A stretch of DNA of 64,000 nt from Candidatus Multivoradales bacterium (GTDB lineage Bacteria > Acidobacteriota > Thermoanaerobaculia > Multivoradales > Multivoraceae). The stretch covers positions 2,624,001-2,688,000 of the forward strand of contig CBDCWI010000002.1 of the NCBI GenBank assembly GCA_965223325.1, in the 5' to 3' direction. Positions 52,093 through 61,830 of this stretch are shown piece by piece. Both the position numbers and the translations under genes were made by a program. The notes below the pieces were generated by a model. The model ran no database searches. It was not told the DNA's origin and saw only the letters and a list, made by a program, of their open reading frames with translations. Numbering within the stretch: the first letter of the stretch is position 1; each line of letters starts with the position of its first letter.

Positions 52093-54372
52093 CTAGGGGT
52101 TACTACGACTCCAGGCGGTGGTGCCTTGGCTCTCGAAATCGTCTCCGAAGAGGGACTTCCAGGTACGTAAGAGCGTCGCCAAGGCCGCCGGGCTCGACGT
52201 GGCCGCGGTGTTACCTTCCTGGTTCTCGCGATTCACACCGTGGCAGCCGTCACAGGCTCGAATCTCGCCCGGCTGAGCGGTGATCCAGAAACGTTCTCGC
52301 ACCACCGGCGTACCGGCGCTATCGGTGCTCTGCCAGGCGAGCGCCCGCTGCGCAGGCACGAATGCAGCCACCGACCCATCGGGATGAATCTCGACGCTCG
52401 CCGGTGGCGCGTCGTTCGCCAGGGGTGTCAGAGCGAGCGCTTGTTCGTCGTGCAGGTACTGCGCAAGGACGCGACGGCCGGGCCGCGGGTCGTCGGTACC
52501 GCCATAGCCGCGCAGCAGATCGCCCTGGAAGAACTGGAAGTACTCGAGGTCGTAGAGCTTGCCGTCGGGCGTTCCACGGGTCGTCTTACCGCCCGGCACG
52601 CGCAGGTTGTAGGGCTGCTGAAGGTCGGCGTCGTCGCGTGAGGTCACGTCGCGCACCACCAACAAGGCCAACTGCCGATCTCGCATCCAGGATTGCAGCT
52701 CGTCGGGTGCTATGCCCTCGGCATCGAAGACCGCCTGCTCGGGGCCAGCCAGGGCTTCGCTCGGCGCGGGCGGCACGGGGCGCGCGCGAACTTCGACGGG
52801 CTCGAGCTCCCACAGCGGTCCGGAGTAGGTCACCCGGACATCGGGATCCCACCAGCTGACGGTTTCAGAGATGCCCGAGGTGAGCTCGACACCCGGGGCC
52901 ATCGAGCCGGTGCTCCCGGTCACGGTGCGCAATCTGAAGTCGTAGCGAGGGTCAGGCGCAGCGCGCGTTCCCTCATTCTCGGCATAGCGCTTCTCATGGG
53001 TGTGCGCGGCAATCAGCGTGCCGTCTGAAAGCGGCAGGGGGTCACGAAAGAAGCCCCGGTGACCGGCCGGCGGCGTAGCGCCGTCGGCGATCGGAACACG
53101 ACCCACCCGGTCGGTCAGGTAGCTGACGGTCACGTCGTCGGGATTCCGCTCAGGCGGCGCGTCGAGGGCTACAAGTTGGCCAGCGGCGTGGGTCCCGAAC
53201 TCTGGTGCATCGGTACCAACGTAGCGACCCAGATCTGTAGGGTCTTCGCGCATCTGCAAGATGTTCTCGAGCTCGTTCGGGTTCACACGGCCAGTGACCT
53301 CGGCGATGAACTCGACCAGGTTCGGGTCATCGTTGAATGCCCGATCGAAGTAGCTCGCCAGCTCATGACGTCCGACGTGATTGAGCATCTCCTCGCTGGT
53401 GCCGTCCTGGTTGATCTGCCACGGCAGGAACTGGTTCAGCGTATGGCCGGCCAGGTTGGTCCCCGCGAGCAGGTCGGTACGCTCGCTGCGCGGCTCGGGG
53501 AAGATCTCATCTTGTCGTGGCAGGCGCTCGGCCCGGGCCGACTCACTGGCGTAGTTGAAACTCCCGTGATCGCGGTGGCCGAGGGCGTCGGCATCGGCCT
53601 GTTGGTCTTGCTGTAGGTGGTCCCAACGCGTGAAGATCACGCGCCCGAACGAATCGACGATGGGCGTGAACGAACCCGAGGGCGCGTGGTTCAGCATCAC
53701 CAGCTCGCCGCTCTCGGGGTCGAGGCTCCAGAGACCGGTCGGCGTCGGAGTGGACTCGTACTCGTCGAGCTGCGGATAGTGATGCGCTGTTCCACCGCGC
53801 GGCCGGTCGGAAACGAAAACGATGCGACCGTCGCTCAAGTACGCGGGGCTCACGTTGTTGTAGCTGCTGGGTTGGCGCGGCACTCTCCCAATCGACACGG
53901 AGTCTCCTTCGCCGAGGCCGGTGACCTCATAGAGCTGCCAGAAGGTCTGCTCTTGGACGTACTGCTGGGACGGCGCACCGCGCAGCATGCTGAAGACCGC
54001 CTTCTCGCCGTTCCAGTGCACCGACGGTCCGCGCACCGCGATCGCATGGCTCGCCTGCCCGCCGGCCTGGCCGAAGCCGGCTTCTTCGGTGAGATTTCGC
54101 AACGTCCCGTTGGGATACAAGATCCAGAGATCGCCGCCCCGTGCGACCGCCATCATGTGCGTCCTGTGGTTCGCAAACACCGAGCCAATGGTCGCGAAGT
54201 CTGCAGGCACCGGAACCTGGGTGACGAACAGAACCGGATTGGGAACCACGCCCGCGGTGCCACGCACCGGGGAGCCAGCCGGGACCGAGCGCTCCTGGGC
54301 TTCGAGGCTGGGCGTGGACGAGGCAACTAGTCCGAACAACAGAACCGCGGCGACGCGGTCGCGGATAGGCAT
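52093..54372 (-). CDS. Secreted HzsA (hydrazine synthase alpha)-related protein with heme motif and FxDxFE tail
   Basis: P.YLSDGRIVFVSDR, GRVIFTRWDHL, DGSVAAFVPA, PGEIRACDGCHG; ends LFGDDFESQGTTAWS. Confidence 0.75.
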   Translation of the reverse strand: MPIRDRVAAVLLFGLVASSTPSLEAQERSVPAGSPVRGTAGVVPNPVLFVTQVPVPADFATIGSVFANHRTHMMAVARGGDLWILYPNGTLRNLTEEAGFGQAGGQASHAIAVRGPSVHWNGEKAVFSMLRGAPSQQYVQEQTFWQLYEVTGLGEGDSVSIGRVPRQPSSYNNVSPAYLSDGRIVFVSDRPRGGTAHHYPQLDEYESTPTPTGLWSLDPESGELVMLNHAPSGSFTPIVDSFGRVIFTRWDHLQQDQQADADALGHRDHGSFNYASESARAERLPRQDEIFPEPRSERTDLLAGTNLAGHTLNQFLPWQINQDGTSEEMLNHVGRHELASYFDRAFNDDPNLVEFIAEVTGRVNPNELENILQMREDPTDLGRYVGTDAPEFGTHAAGQLVALDAPPERNPDDVTVSYLTDRVGRVPIADGATPPAGHRGFFRDPLPLSDGTLIAAHTHEKRYAENEGTRAAPDPRYDFRLRTVTGSTGSMAPGVELTSGISETVSWWDPDVRVTYSGPLWELEPVEVRARPVPPAPSEALAGPEQAVFDAEGIAPDELQSWMRDRQLALLVVRDVTSRDDADLQQPYNLRVPGGKTTRGTPDGKLYDLEYFQFFQGDLLRGYGGTDDPRPGRRVLAQYLHDEQALALTPLANDAPPASVEIHPDGSVAAFVPAQRALAWQSTDSAGTPVVRERFWITAQPGEIRACDGCHGVNRENQEGNTAATSSPAALATLLRTWKSLFGDDFESQGTTAWSRSNP

Positions 54373-54563
54373 AGCAGGGCTCCCTGGTTTCGAAAACAAG
54401 GAAAGGGAATCGGGATAGGAGCGCCTGCGCCGTGCCGTGGTTTGAAGGCGAGCGGACCGGACCGACCGGCGCAGGCTAATATCCCTTAGTGCGCACTATT
54501 CTATATTGGGTCCGCACAGCGCCGGGTGATAGCTTGATGAGCCTCCAAGTCCTCATTCGAGCC

Positions 54564-55802
54564 ATGTCAACGAGTCGACGATCCATGCACCATTCCTTGC
54601 TTGCCCCGCGCCTGCTCGTGCTCCTCGGTTTGAGCCTCGTTCTCGCCCCTCAAGCCCCGGCCCAGGAGAGCGAGGGCGCCTCCAGTCAGGGCCGGGTCGA
54701 GGGTGCGCACGAGAAACTCCCGCCCGGCTCGTTCGAGGACGACCTCGGGATCACGATTCCCATACCGGCCAGCCACTCCGGGCGGCGCTATCCAGCCACC
54801 GGCGACTTCCCTACCGGTCCCGCAATCGGCCAGCGGCTGCCCGAGTTCGAGCTGCCCAACCAGAGTGGCGAGGTCATTGACTTTCATGCCGACCGCGGCG
54901 ACTCGAAGGCGATCGTCGTCTTCTTTCGCTCGGCGGTGTGGTGACCGTACTGCCGTACGCAGCTGGTCGAGCTGCAAGAAAACCTCGAGTTTCTCAACGC
55001 CCAGGGCATCAAGCTCTACGGCGTCAGCTATGACGCCCAGGGCCACCTCAGAACGTTCGCCGATGGGCACGGAATCACCTACGACCTGCTGTCGGACTAC
55101 GACTCGGAAGTCATCAAGCGCTTCGGGATTCTAAACACCACCATTGAACCCGACGCGCCGGAAATCCATCGCGGAACCGAACGCGGGTTCTACGGTATTC
55201 CCTTTCCTGGCGTCTACGTGGTTGGCAACGATGGCCGGGTCACCGAAAAGTTCTTTCACCGCCACTACGCCACGCGCACTTCGGCAGGCACGATTCGAGA
55301 CAGCGTGATCGGTCGAATTGTTTCCCAACACGAAGTCCCGGCCACCGACCTGGGTGACGACCACGTCGAGGTCTCCCTCTTCCTCGCCGACCCGTCGCTC
55401 CGATTCGAGTACGCGAGCACGCTCTACGTCCGCTTCGAAGTCGCCGATGGGTTCCACATCTATGCCAACCCCCTGCCAGAGGGTTTTATCGCATCGACGG
55501 CAGAGATCGTCCCGACCGAAGGGGTGCGCGCTGGAACTGCAACCTATCCTCCGACTCGCATCCGGGAATTTCCCAAGCTCGGCGTGACACTCAACGTCTA
55601 CGAAGGCACCACCGACGTTGCGATCCCGATCACCCTCAATTCCGAGATCCTCAACTGGCCCATCCAGGACAAGCCAAGCGAGATCAAGATTCCGGTCGAG
55701 GTGGTCTATCAGGTGTGCAGCGAAACGGTTTGCTACGTGCCAATGGAGAAAACCGTCGAGCTCGAGGTCCCGATCGAGCCGCTGGTGATGCCCGGCCAGT
55801 GA
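54564..55802 (+). CDS. Probable selenoprotein: secreted AhpC/TSA-redoxin (UxxC) fused to a DsbD N-terminal domain
   Basis: The frame stays open across TGA 54942-54944: FFRSAVW-U-PYCRTQLVELQ...GVSYD...DLLSD; joins ORF-track entries 54489 and 55218; C-terminal GFHIYANP and YQVCSETVCY. Confidence 0.88.
54959..54975 (+). promoter_or_regulatory. SECIS-like hairpin
   Basis: GCAGCT-GGTCG-AGCTGC; the G-initiated loop begins 20 nt after the UGA. Confidence 0.7.
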
Positions 55803-55851
55803 CCGCGCGCGGCCTTGTGGCGACGACGTTCAAGCTCAGCCCATCGCTCGA

Positions 55852-55907
55852 GTTGATGCGTTGATGCGTTGATGGCATCGTCAGATGATGCTATGATGCC
55901 TGGATGC
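55852..55907. promoter_or_regulatory. Probable TA autoregulatory operator
   Basis: Repeated (T)GATGC units and the palindrome gcatc-N7-gatgc immediately upstream of the antitoxin start. Confidence 0.6.
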
Positions 55908-56173
55908 GAACGACGGTCACTCTCGATGCCGACGTCGAGGAACTGCTGCGCGAAGCAATGCGGCGAAACCGCAAGAGCTTCAAACAGACCCTCAACGACG
56001 CTCTCCGCAGCGGCCTCGGCGCCGGGCGACCAAGCGACGAGCCCGAGTTCGTCATCAACGCACGACCCCTCGGTCTGCGCTCAGGAATCGACCCGGCGGC
56101 GGTTCGCGACCTGGATGACGAGATCGAAGTCGACGAATTCCTGCGCAAGACCCAAGAGCTCGAAGGCCGGTAG
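55904..56173 (+). CDS. vapB: VapB-like antitoxin (RHH)
   Basis: MRTTVTLDADV...SFKQTLNDALRSGL; overlaps the toxin start. Confidence 0.85.
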   Translation: MRTTVTLDADVEELLREAMRRNRKSFKQTLNDALRSGLGAGRPSDEPEFVINARPLGLRSGIDPAAVRDLDDEIEVDEFLRKTQELEGR

Positions 56174-56604
56174 TGATCGTGCCCGACGCCAATCTGCTGC
56201 TCTATGCCTACGACACGTCGAGCCCCTTTCATGAACGTGCCGCAAGGTGGTGGGAAGGAGCGCTGAACAGCGGTGAGAGCGTCGGTTTGTGCTCCGTTGT
56301 GCTGTTTGCCTTTGTGCGAGTCGGGACGAATCGGCGAGCCTTCGAGAACCCGATGACAATTGGCGAAGCATCGGGCCACGTTCGCAGCTGGCTGGCGCGC
56401 TCGGTGACCGAACTCCTCATCACACAAGAGGCCGACGTCACGAAAGCCCTGCAGTGGCTCGAAGCCCTGGGCTCAGGCAGTACCCTGACCACCGATGCCC
56501 AGATCGGAGCCATCGCCAGTCGCTACCGAGCGACAGTGCACACCGCCGACACCGACTTCGCCCGATTCCCCGGGGTCAGATTCAAGAACCCGCTACTCGA
56601 CTGA
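56173..56604 (+). CDS. vapC: VapC PIN-domain toxin
   Basis: IVPDANLLLYA, DAQIGAIA, TADTDFARFPG..NPL. Confidence 0.92.
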   Translation: MIVPDANLLLYAYDTSSPFHERAARWWEGALNSGESVGLCSVVLFAFVRVGTNRRAFENPMTIGEASGHVRSWLARSVTELLITQEADVTKALQWLEALGSGSTLTTDAQIGAIASRYRATVHTADTDFARFPGVRFKNPLLD

Positions 56605-56607
56605 GCC

Positions 56608-56809
56608 TCTCAGCGGAGGTCGACCCCTCGCGCGTAGTAGCCATCGTCGAGCCTGCGGGTGCGAACCTTCCCATCCACGGCCTTTAGAGTGAGGACAACC
56701 TCGCTGCGATGTTGGGGTATAACGCGGTGCTTCCACAGTCCTGCCCTTCGGCAGCACCGGCCCCCAGGGCAGCAACCGCCATCAGACAGGAAACGAGACG
56801 CCGATTCAT
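56608..56809 (-). pseudogene. Possible remnant of a secreted-protein gene
   Basis: MNRRLVSCLMAVAALGAGAAEGQ (signal-like) stops at 56684; a shifted frame continues SEVVLTLKAVDGKVRTRRLDDGYY. Confidence 0.3.
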
Positions 56810-56857
56810 GCTCACCACTCTAAGCGACGGATCGGGCGACGGGCGGTTCGGAGCTCG

Positions 56858-59149
56858 CTAGAACAGGAATGCGTAGCCCAGCTTCAGAAACAGCGTGCGA
56901 TCCGTCTGGGTCAAGCTGAATGCATCACCGCCCAACCGGTTGTCTGAATAGCCCGCAAACAGAACAGTCTGTGCGTTGAGCTTGTAGCTGAACAGGAGCT
57001 GCGTGAAGACGTCTTCGCTCTCGCGCTCGACTGGGCGGATGAAGAACGCCGGGTCGTTCTTGATCGCTGTTCTTTGCACGATGGCGCGCACGAAGCTGCG
57101 GGTGCTGAAGTGGTAGAAGAGGCGCAGTTCGGTGAGGTCGGCGGTGAGGTAGGTGTCGCCCTCGAGTTCGAAGCTGCGCCGCGAGTGGCCGAGTTCCGCC
57201 TGAGTGCGCTTGCCAATCTTGAGACCAATCTCGGGGCTGAAGTTGAACAGGTCGGCTTGGCGATCGTTCCTGAAGTCGACCTCGTCTTCATACGCAACGT
57301 AGAGCGCGAGGCTCAACGAACCGGTGGGCTGCAGCTGGCCGAAGAGCTCGCCGCCCCGCAGGTCTTCATAGAGAGTCGAGCCGTTGCGCTTGTCGATGTT
57401 CCAGGTTTGCACGAAGGCACTCGACTGCTTGGGGCCCTGGAAGAAGCCCGACAGCCCAACCTTGCGATCGGTCAACAATCCGTCGCGGTCCTCGCTCTGA
57501 AAGGCGTTGACTCCAACCTGCGAACTCACCAGAAACGACTCCGGCGAATGCCACCAGGTGCGCGAGAGGTGGGCACCGGCAGTTTCGATGTCGACCCGCG
57601 GAACGAAACCCGAGTCGGCGCGAAAGTCGCGATCCAGGACGCGGTAGTTGGCACTCCAGTTCCACTCTCGCGTGTTGTGAAAGTAGTTGACTGCGAAGGC
57701 GTTGCCGCCAATCTGATTCTCCGACAGCCCCTGACGGTCGCGTAAGGGGTCGGGATAGTCCGTTTCCGAATGCAACGCCTGAACATTCAGCCGGTCGCTG
57801 CGGGCGATCTGAAACGAAGCATCAACACCGCTGACCCGGTTCCAGTAGTTGTCAGCTTCGCGCCCGGCATAGAGCACACCCACACTATGGTTGCGGCCTA
57901 CGTCGCGGCGGTAGCGCAACACAGAACCGAGGACCTCGGAGTCGAGCACTCCATCGGCCGACGAGACGAAGGCCGACCCCTGGTTTCCCGGCAGCAGGAC
58001 GTTGTTGACCGTGTCCTGGGTCACGAAGACTCCGTAGGCATTCTTGCCTTCCTTTCCCGTCAGCTTGAGGCCAACGTCCGGGTCGACGACCGTTCGCGTG
58101 AACACCGCGTTGATGGGAGTCTGAAAGACGTCGGTGCCCTCGAGAAAGAACGGGCGCTGCTCTGGAAAGAAGAGCGCAAAGCGCTGGTTGACGTCGAGCT
58201 GACCAGCATCGGCCTCGACCTGTGAAAAGTCCGGGTTGACCGCGAAGCTGAGGCGCGAGCTCGGGCTGAGGTTGAAGCGCCCCGAAACCCCTGGATCGAC
58301 GTCGTCATCGTTGTCGTCGAAGTCGCCGTCGGGGAGCTCGGTCTTGCGCTCGGTATTGCGAGCCGTCAGGGTCGGGATGACCTCGAAGGAGCTTCCCGGC
58401 TTCATGCCCGCGAAGCCTTCAAAGTAGCTGTAGTTGCAGGTGAAGCACACGTCGTCAAAATCGATCTTGTGGCTCGCCATGCGATGGCGCTGCCCACGCG
58501 GCCAGGAACGACCGAGGTTGATTCGCCAGGTCTGGGCGCCCTGCCCAGCGGGGAACGGAAGCTGGTTCAGCGGGAAGGCGATCTCGACGATGTAGCCTTG
58601 AGGGGTGATGCGTCCCTTGGCGTCCCAGATGATGTCCCACGACCAGTCTTCGGACCCACCACCAACGAAACTGTTGAGTGAATCCGCCTGCACGCCGAGA
58701 GGGTTGACGCGGAACTGAAAGGCGCGGCGCTGGTCATTGAAGGAATCGATCATCACCAGGATGTAGTCGTCCTGAACCATGGTGTCGATGGCATCCCGAT
58801 CCATCAGGTGCGCACGGATCAGCGACGGCTCTGGGTCGAGCGCACGAGCGCCGACATAGAGCCGCCGCTCGTCGTAGGTGACGAGAAACTCGGTTCTAAC
58901 AGGCGGCTCAACGTTCTCGCCAGGCGTCCACTCCCACAGCTTGTCGACAACCAGCGCGTCATCCCAAGCGGCTTCATCGAGCACGCCGTCAACGACGATG
59001 GGGGAGGTTGCCGCCTGCACCTGGTAATGCAGCGGCTCGAACTCCACCTCATCCTGGGCCAGCGCCGGAAGGCGCAGCGCGGCCTGAAAGACAGAGAAAA
59101 GGAAAGCGATTGCAGCGAGGCGCAGTCGCCCCTGGAAGATGGCCGGCAT
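56858..59149 (-). CDS. Carbohydrate-binding family 9-like + DUF5916 outer-membrane protein
   Basis: VDGVLDEAAW, NPLGVQAD, NPDFSQVEADA, FFPEQRPFFLEG; ends LGYAFLF. Confidence 0.88.
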   Translation of the reverse strand: MPAIFQGRLRLAAIAFLFSVFQAALRLPALAQDEVEFEPLHYQVQAATSPIVVDGVLDEAAWDDALVVDKLWEWTPGENVEPPVRTEFLVTYDERRLYVGARALDPEPSLIRAHLMDRDAIDTMVQDDYILVMIDSFNDQRRAFQFRVNPLGVQADSLNSFVGGGSEDWSWDIIWDAKGRITPQGYIVEIAFPLNQLPFPAGQGAQTWRINLGRSWPRGQRHRMASHKIDFDDVCFTCNYSYFEGFAGMKPGSSFEVIPTLTARNTERKTELPDGDFDDNDDDVDPGVSGRFNLSPSSRLSFAVNPDFSQVEADAGQLDVNQRFALFFPEQRPFFLEGTDVFQTPINAVFTRTVVDPDVGLKLTGKEGKNAYGVFVTQDTVNNVLLPGNQGSAFVSSADGVLDSEVLGSVLRYRRDVGRNHSVGVLYAGREADNYWNRVSGVDASFQIARSDRLNVQALHSETDYPDPLRDRQGLSENQIGGNAFAVNYFHNTREWNWSANYRVLDRDFRADSGFVPRVDIETAGAHLSRTWWHSPESFLVSSQVGVNAFQSEDRDGLLTDRKVGLSGFFQGPKQSSAFVQTWNIDKRNGSTLYEDLRGGELFGQLQPTGSLSLALYVAYEDEVDFRNDRQADLFNFSPEIGLKIGKRTQAELGHSRRSFELEGDTYLTADLTELRLFYHFSTRSFVRAIVQRTAIKNDPAFFIRPVERESEDVFTQLLFSYKLNAQTVLFAGYSDNRLGGDAFSLTQTDRTLFLKLGYAFLF

Positions 59150-59430
59150 TGGTCGAAGTCCTAGAGAACAGGGCTGTGCCCCTAGACCCGGCCCCTCGGC
59201 TGGGAGGACACGACGCGAATGTGGATTGGGATAGCGGGTGCGGCTGGAGGGCCGCCAAGGAGGTATACGGAGGTGAGTGGCGTTCGTCCCGAAAAAAGTC
59301 TACTCTTTGAAGCGAGCAAGATCCTGGCAACCGTGACTCCAAGATGCAAGCCTCCAGGACTGAGAACCGCCCGGCACAGCGCAAGTTCCCGCACCGGCCA
59401 ATGGACCAGCGCCTTACCCTCCTGCGACCC

Positions 59431-60066
59431 TCACGTCGGGTCCTGTTCCTCGATTCGTCCGTACTCGAGCGACTTGTACGCCCGCAGAACGACGTCGACA
59501 GTCGGCCGCGGAAGGTCTCGGGGAATGCGAATGAGCGGCCCAGAACGTTCGAACGGTGGCGGCGGAACGGTCTCGAACACGCTCGCCCACAATCGGACCG
59601 GGCAGCTGTAGTAGATCCAGTCAGCCGCACCATAGCGATCGTCCCACTCGATCAACTTCTCGTTGGTCTCGATCAACAAGCGGCGCGCATTGGCAAGCCG
59701 AAGCCGCGAGCCATAGCGGGACTTGCCCTTGGTCTTTAGATGCAGCGGTTGTGCCCGCCCTTTTCCGCGCACCACATAGCGCCGCAGGCTTTTTCTGATG
59801 AGCGGTTGCGCGCCCTCGAACCGCCCGAGCGAAACGGCACCTGCTTGCATCAGAACCACCGAGTGGCGAGTCGGCGCTTCAGGTAGAGAGCCGAGGTACT
59901 GAGCGAGCGTGGTGCAGTCGGGTTCGATCGGGAAGACGAGGGGCGGCAGAACACGCAGCCCTTCTGTCTCGAACCAGCGCCGTTTGGGCTCGAGGATCAG
60001 CTCATGTTCAACCTCGAGACGCTCGAGAGTGGCGGCAGTTTCTTGCCAATGAAAAGTTTGCGGCAT
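59431..60066 (-). CDS. VLRF1 (Vms1/ANKZF1-like, bVLRF1-type) peptidyl-tRNA hydrolase
   Basis: K...RYVVRG-KGRAQ..HLKTKGKSRYGSRLRLAN; PPFER...IP.D..RP. Confidence 0.75.
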   Translation of the reverse strand: MPQTFHWQETAATLERLEVEHELILEPKRRWFETEGLRVLPPLVFPIEPDCTTLAQYLGSLPEAPTRHSVVLMQAGAVSLGRFEGAQPLIRKSLRRYVVRGKGRAQPLHLKTKGKSRYGSRLRLANARRLLIETNEKLIEWDDRYGAADWIYYSCPVRLWASVFETVPPPPFERSGPLIRIPRDLPRPTVDVVLRAYKSLEYGRIEEQDPT

Positions 60067-60129
60067 TGGCTGAATCTTTCATGGTTCCCGCTCGACCCTC
60101 CGCAGGATCGCCGCCACAACTGAGTCTCC

Positions 60130-61689
60130 TCAGATCAAAGCCTCGATAAGCGAAGGCCCTGGCTCGCTTAAAGCAGCTGCCAGAGCGCTGTTGAACTCCT
60201 CAGCGGTTTCGACCCGCCAGGCTGGAACCCCCATCCCCTTCGCCAGGTCGGTCCAGCCGAGCGCCGGGTTGGTGAGGTCGAGCATGCTGATGGCCTTTGG
60301 CCCTGGTTCGTGGGCACCGACCCGAGCAAACTCGATCTGCAGAATGGCGTACTTCTGGTTGGCGAACACGATGGTCGTGATGTCGAGTTGCTCGCGGGCC
60401 TGGGTCCAGAGGGCCTGGACGGTGTACATGCCCGAGCCATCGGCCTGGAGTGAAACGACCCTACGATCAGGACATGCAACCGCCGCGCCGACGGCAGCCG
60501 GCAGGCCGTAGCCGATCGAGCCGCCGGTCAGAACCAACCAGTCGTGCGGGGGTGCACCGCGGGTGGCATAGGCCGAAGGGGCTCCTGACATGCCGCCTTC
60601 ATCGACGACGATCGCGTTCTCAGGCAGCAAGTGCCCGACCGCAGCACCAATCGAACGGGCGTTGAGCTCGCCTGTCGGGAGTGGCGGACGCTCGGGGGCG
60701 ATCAGGCGCGCTTCGGTGCCAGCGGCGCCGACCGCATCGGCCAGAGCTTCGAGCGCTCCGTCGATGTCACCGTCGCGCTCGACGAGCACGTGCAGGGAAC
60801 AGTCCTCCGGCGTCAACCAATTTGGCTTGTCGGGGTAGGCAAAAAAGGTGATCGGTGGCTGGGTGCTGCACAGAATCAGATGTTTCGTACCCGCAAGCAC
60901 TTCGGTCGCTTGCTCGCCGAAGTACGGAAGCCTCGCGACCTCGGCCCTGCCCGCGCCGCGTTCGATGCGCGGCACGAAGGTATCCATGATCACGCGTGCA
61001 CCGGTTGCCTGGGCAACACGGTCGGCGATCGCGGTGCGCCGCGCACTGATCACACCGTTCATCAAAATCACGCTCGGTTCGCCGCTTCTGAGCACCCGCG
61101 CCACCTCTTCGACTTGACTGGCATCGACCGGCTTCGGAGCAACCTTCGGGAGCGGCACCGCGCTGGCAGAGGTGCGATTCCAGGCCGTATCGGCTGGCAG
61201 GATCAGAGTCGCCACCTGGCCGGGCGGCGACATTGCCGCTTGCACGGCGGCCGCACCGTCGGCTGCGACGTCATCGGCCGACGGCGAGACCTTGACCCAC
61301 CCCGAAACCGGTCGCGCGATGCCCTCGACATCGGAGGTGAGCGGCGCATCGTACTGACGGTGGTAGGTGGCATGGTCACCGACCACGTTGACGAGCGGGG
61401 TTCTCGCCTTCTTGGCATTGTGCAGATTGGCGAGACCGTTGCCGAGACCCGGACCGAGGTGAAGCAATGTCGCGGCCGGGGTGGCGTTCATCCGCCCGTA
61501 GCCATCGGCTGCACCCGTCACCACGCCTTCGAAAAGGCCGAGTACGCAGCGCATCTCCGGATTGGTATCGAGCGCCGCCACGAAGTGCATCTCGGATGTG
61601 CCGGGGTTGCTGAAGCAAACGTTGACCCCGGCGTCGACGAAGGTCTGGACGAGGCTCTCCGCCCCGCTACGGTCTCTTGTTTCGGTCAT
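60130..61689 (-). CDS. Acetolactate synthase-like ThDP enzyme
   Basis: NPGTSEMHFVAAL, LFEGVVTGAADGY, LLHLGPGLGN, TGGSIG, ADGSGMYTVQALWT. Confidence 0.9.
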   Translation of the reverse strand: MTETRDRSGAESLVQTFVDAGVNVCFSNPGTSEMHFVAALDTNPEMRCVLGLFEGVVTGAADGYGRMNATPAATLLHLGPGLGNGLANLHNAKKARTPLVNVVGDHATYHRQYDAPLTSDVEGIARPVSGWVKVSPSADDVAADGAAAVQAAMSPPGQVATLILPADTAWNRTSASAVPLPKVAPKPVDASQVEEVARVLRSGEPSVILMNGVISARRTAIADRVAQATGARVIMDTFVPRIERGAGRAEVARLPYFGEQATEVLAGTKHLILCSTQPPITFFAYPDKPNWLTPEDCSLHVLVERDGDIDGALEALADAVGAAGTEARLIAPERPPLPTGELNARSIGAAVGHLLPENAIVVDEGGMSGAPSAYATRGAPPHDWLVLTGGSIGYGLPAAVGAAVACPDRRVVSLQADGSGMYTVQALWTQAREQLDITTIVFANQKYAILQIEFARVGAHEPGPKAISMLDLTNPALGWTDLAKGMGVPAWRVETAEEFNSALAAALSEPGPSLIEALI

Positions 61690-61830
61690 GCTCTACCACC
61701 CTCAACCAGAAGGAGCGCGAACCGGCGCCCTGGCGCGTCATCCGCGGCTGTTATTCGACGCGACCGTACAGGCCATCACCAGCCCCGGGCAAGCGAGCAT
61801 CGACCCGGAGCTGTGCTGGTTGCCTCGGGT

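Noticed and set aside
52093-54372. Evidence for anammox metabolism
   Set aside because: Only a distant stand-alone HzsA-like protein; no hzsB/C or hdh genes.
54489-55802. Two separate genes or a nonsense pseudogene
   Set aside because: The TGA falls at the catalytic Cys position, with a SECIS-like hairpin and selB present; Sec recoding is the simpler explanation.
55852-55907. Short tandem repeats as a CRISPR array
   Set aside because: Units are 6-8 bp with no spacers and no cas genes; better explained as a TA operator.
59150-59430. Intergenic region as tRNA-Sec or another ncRNA
   Set aside because: No cloverleaf or T-loop signature seen.
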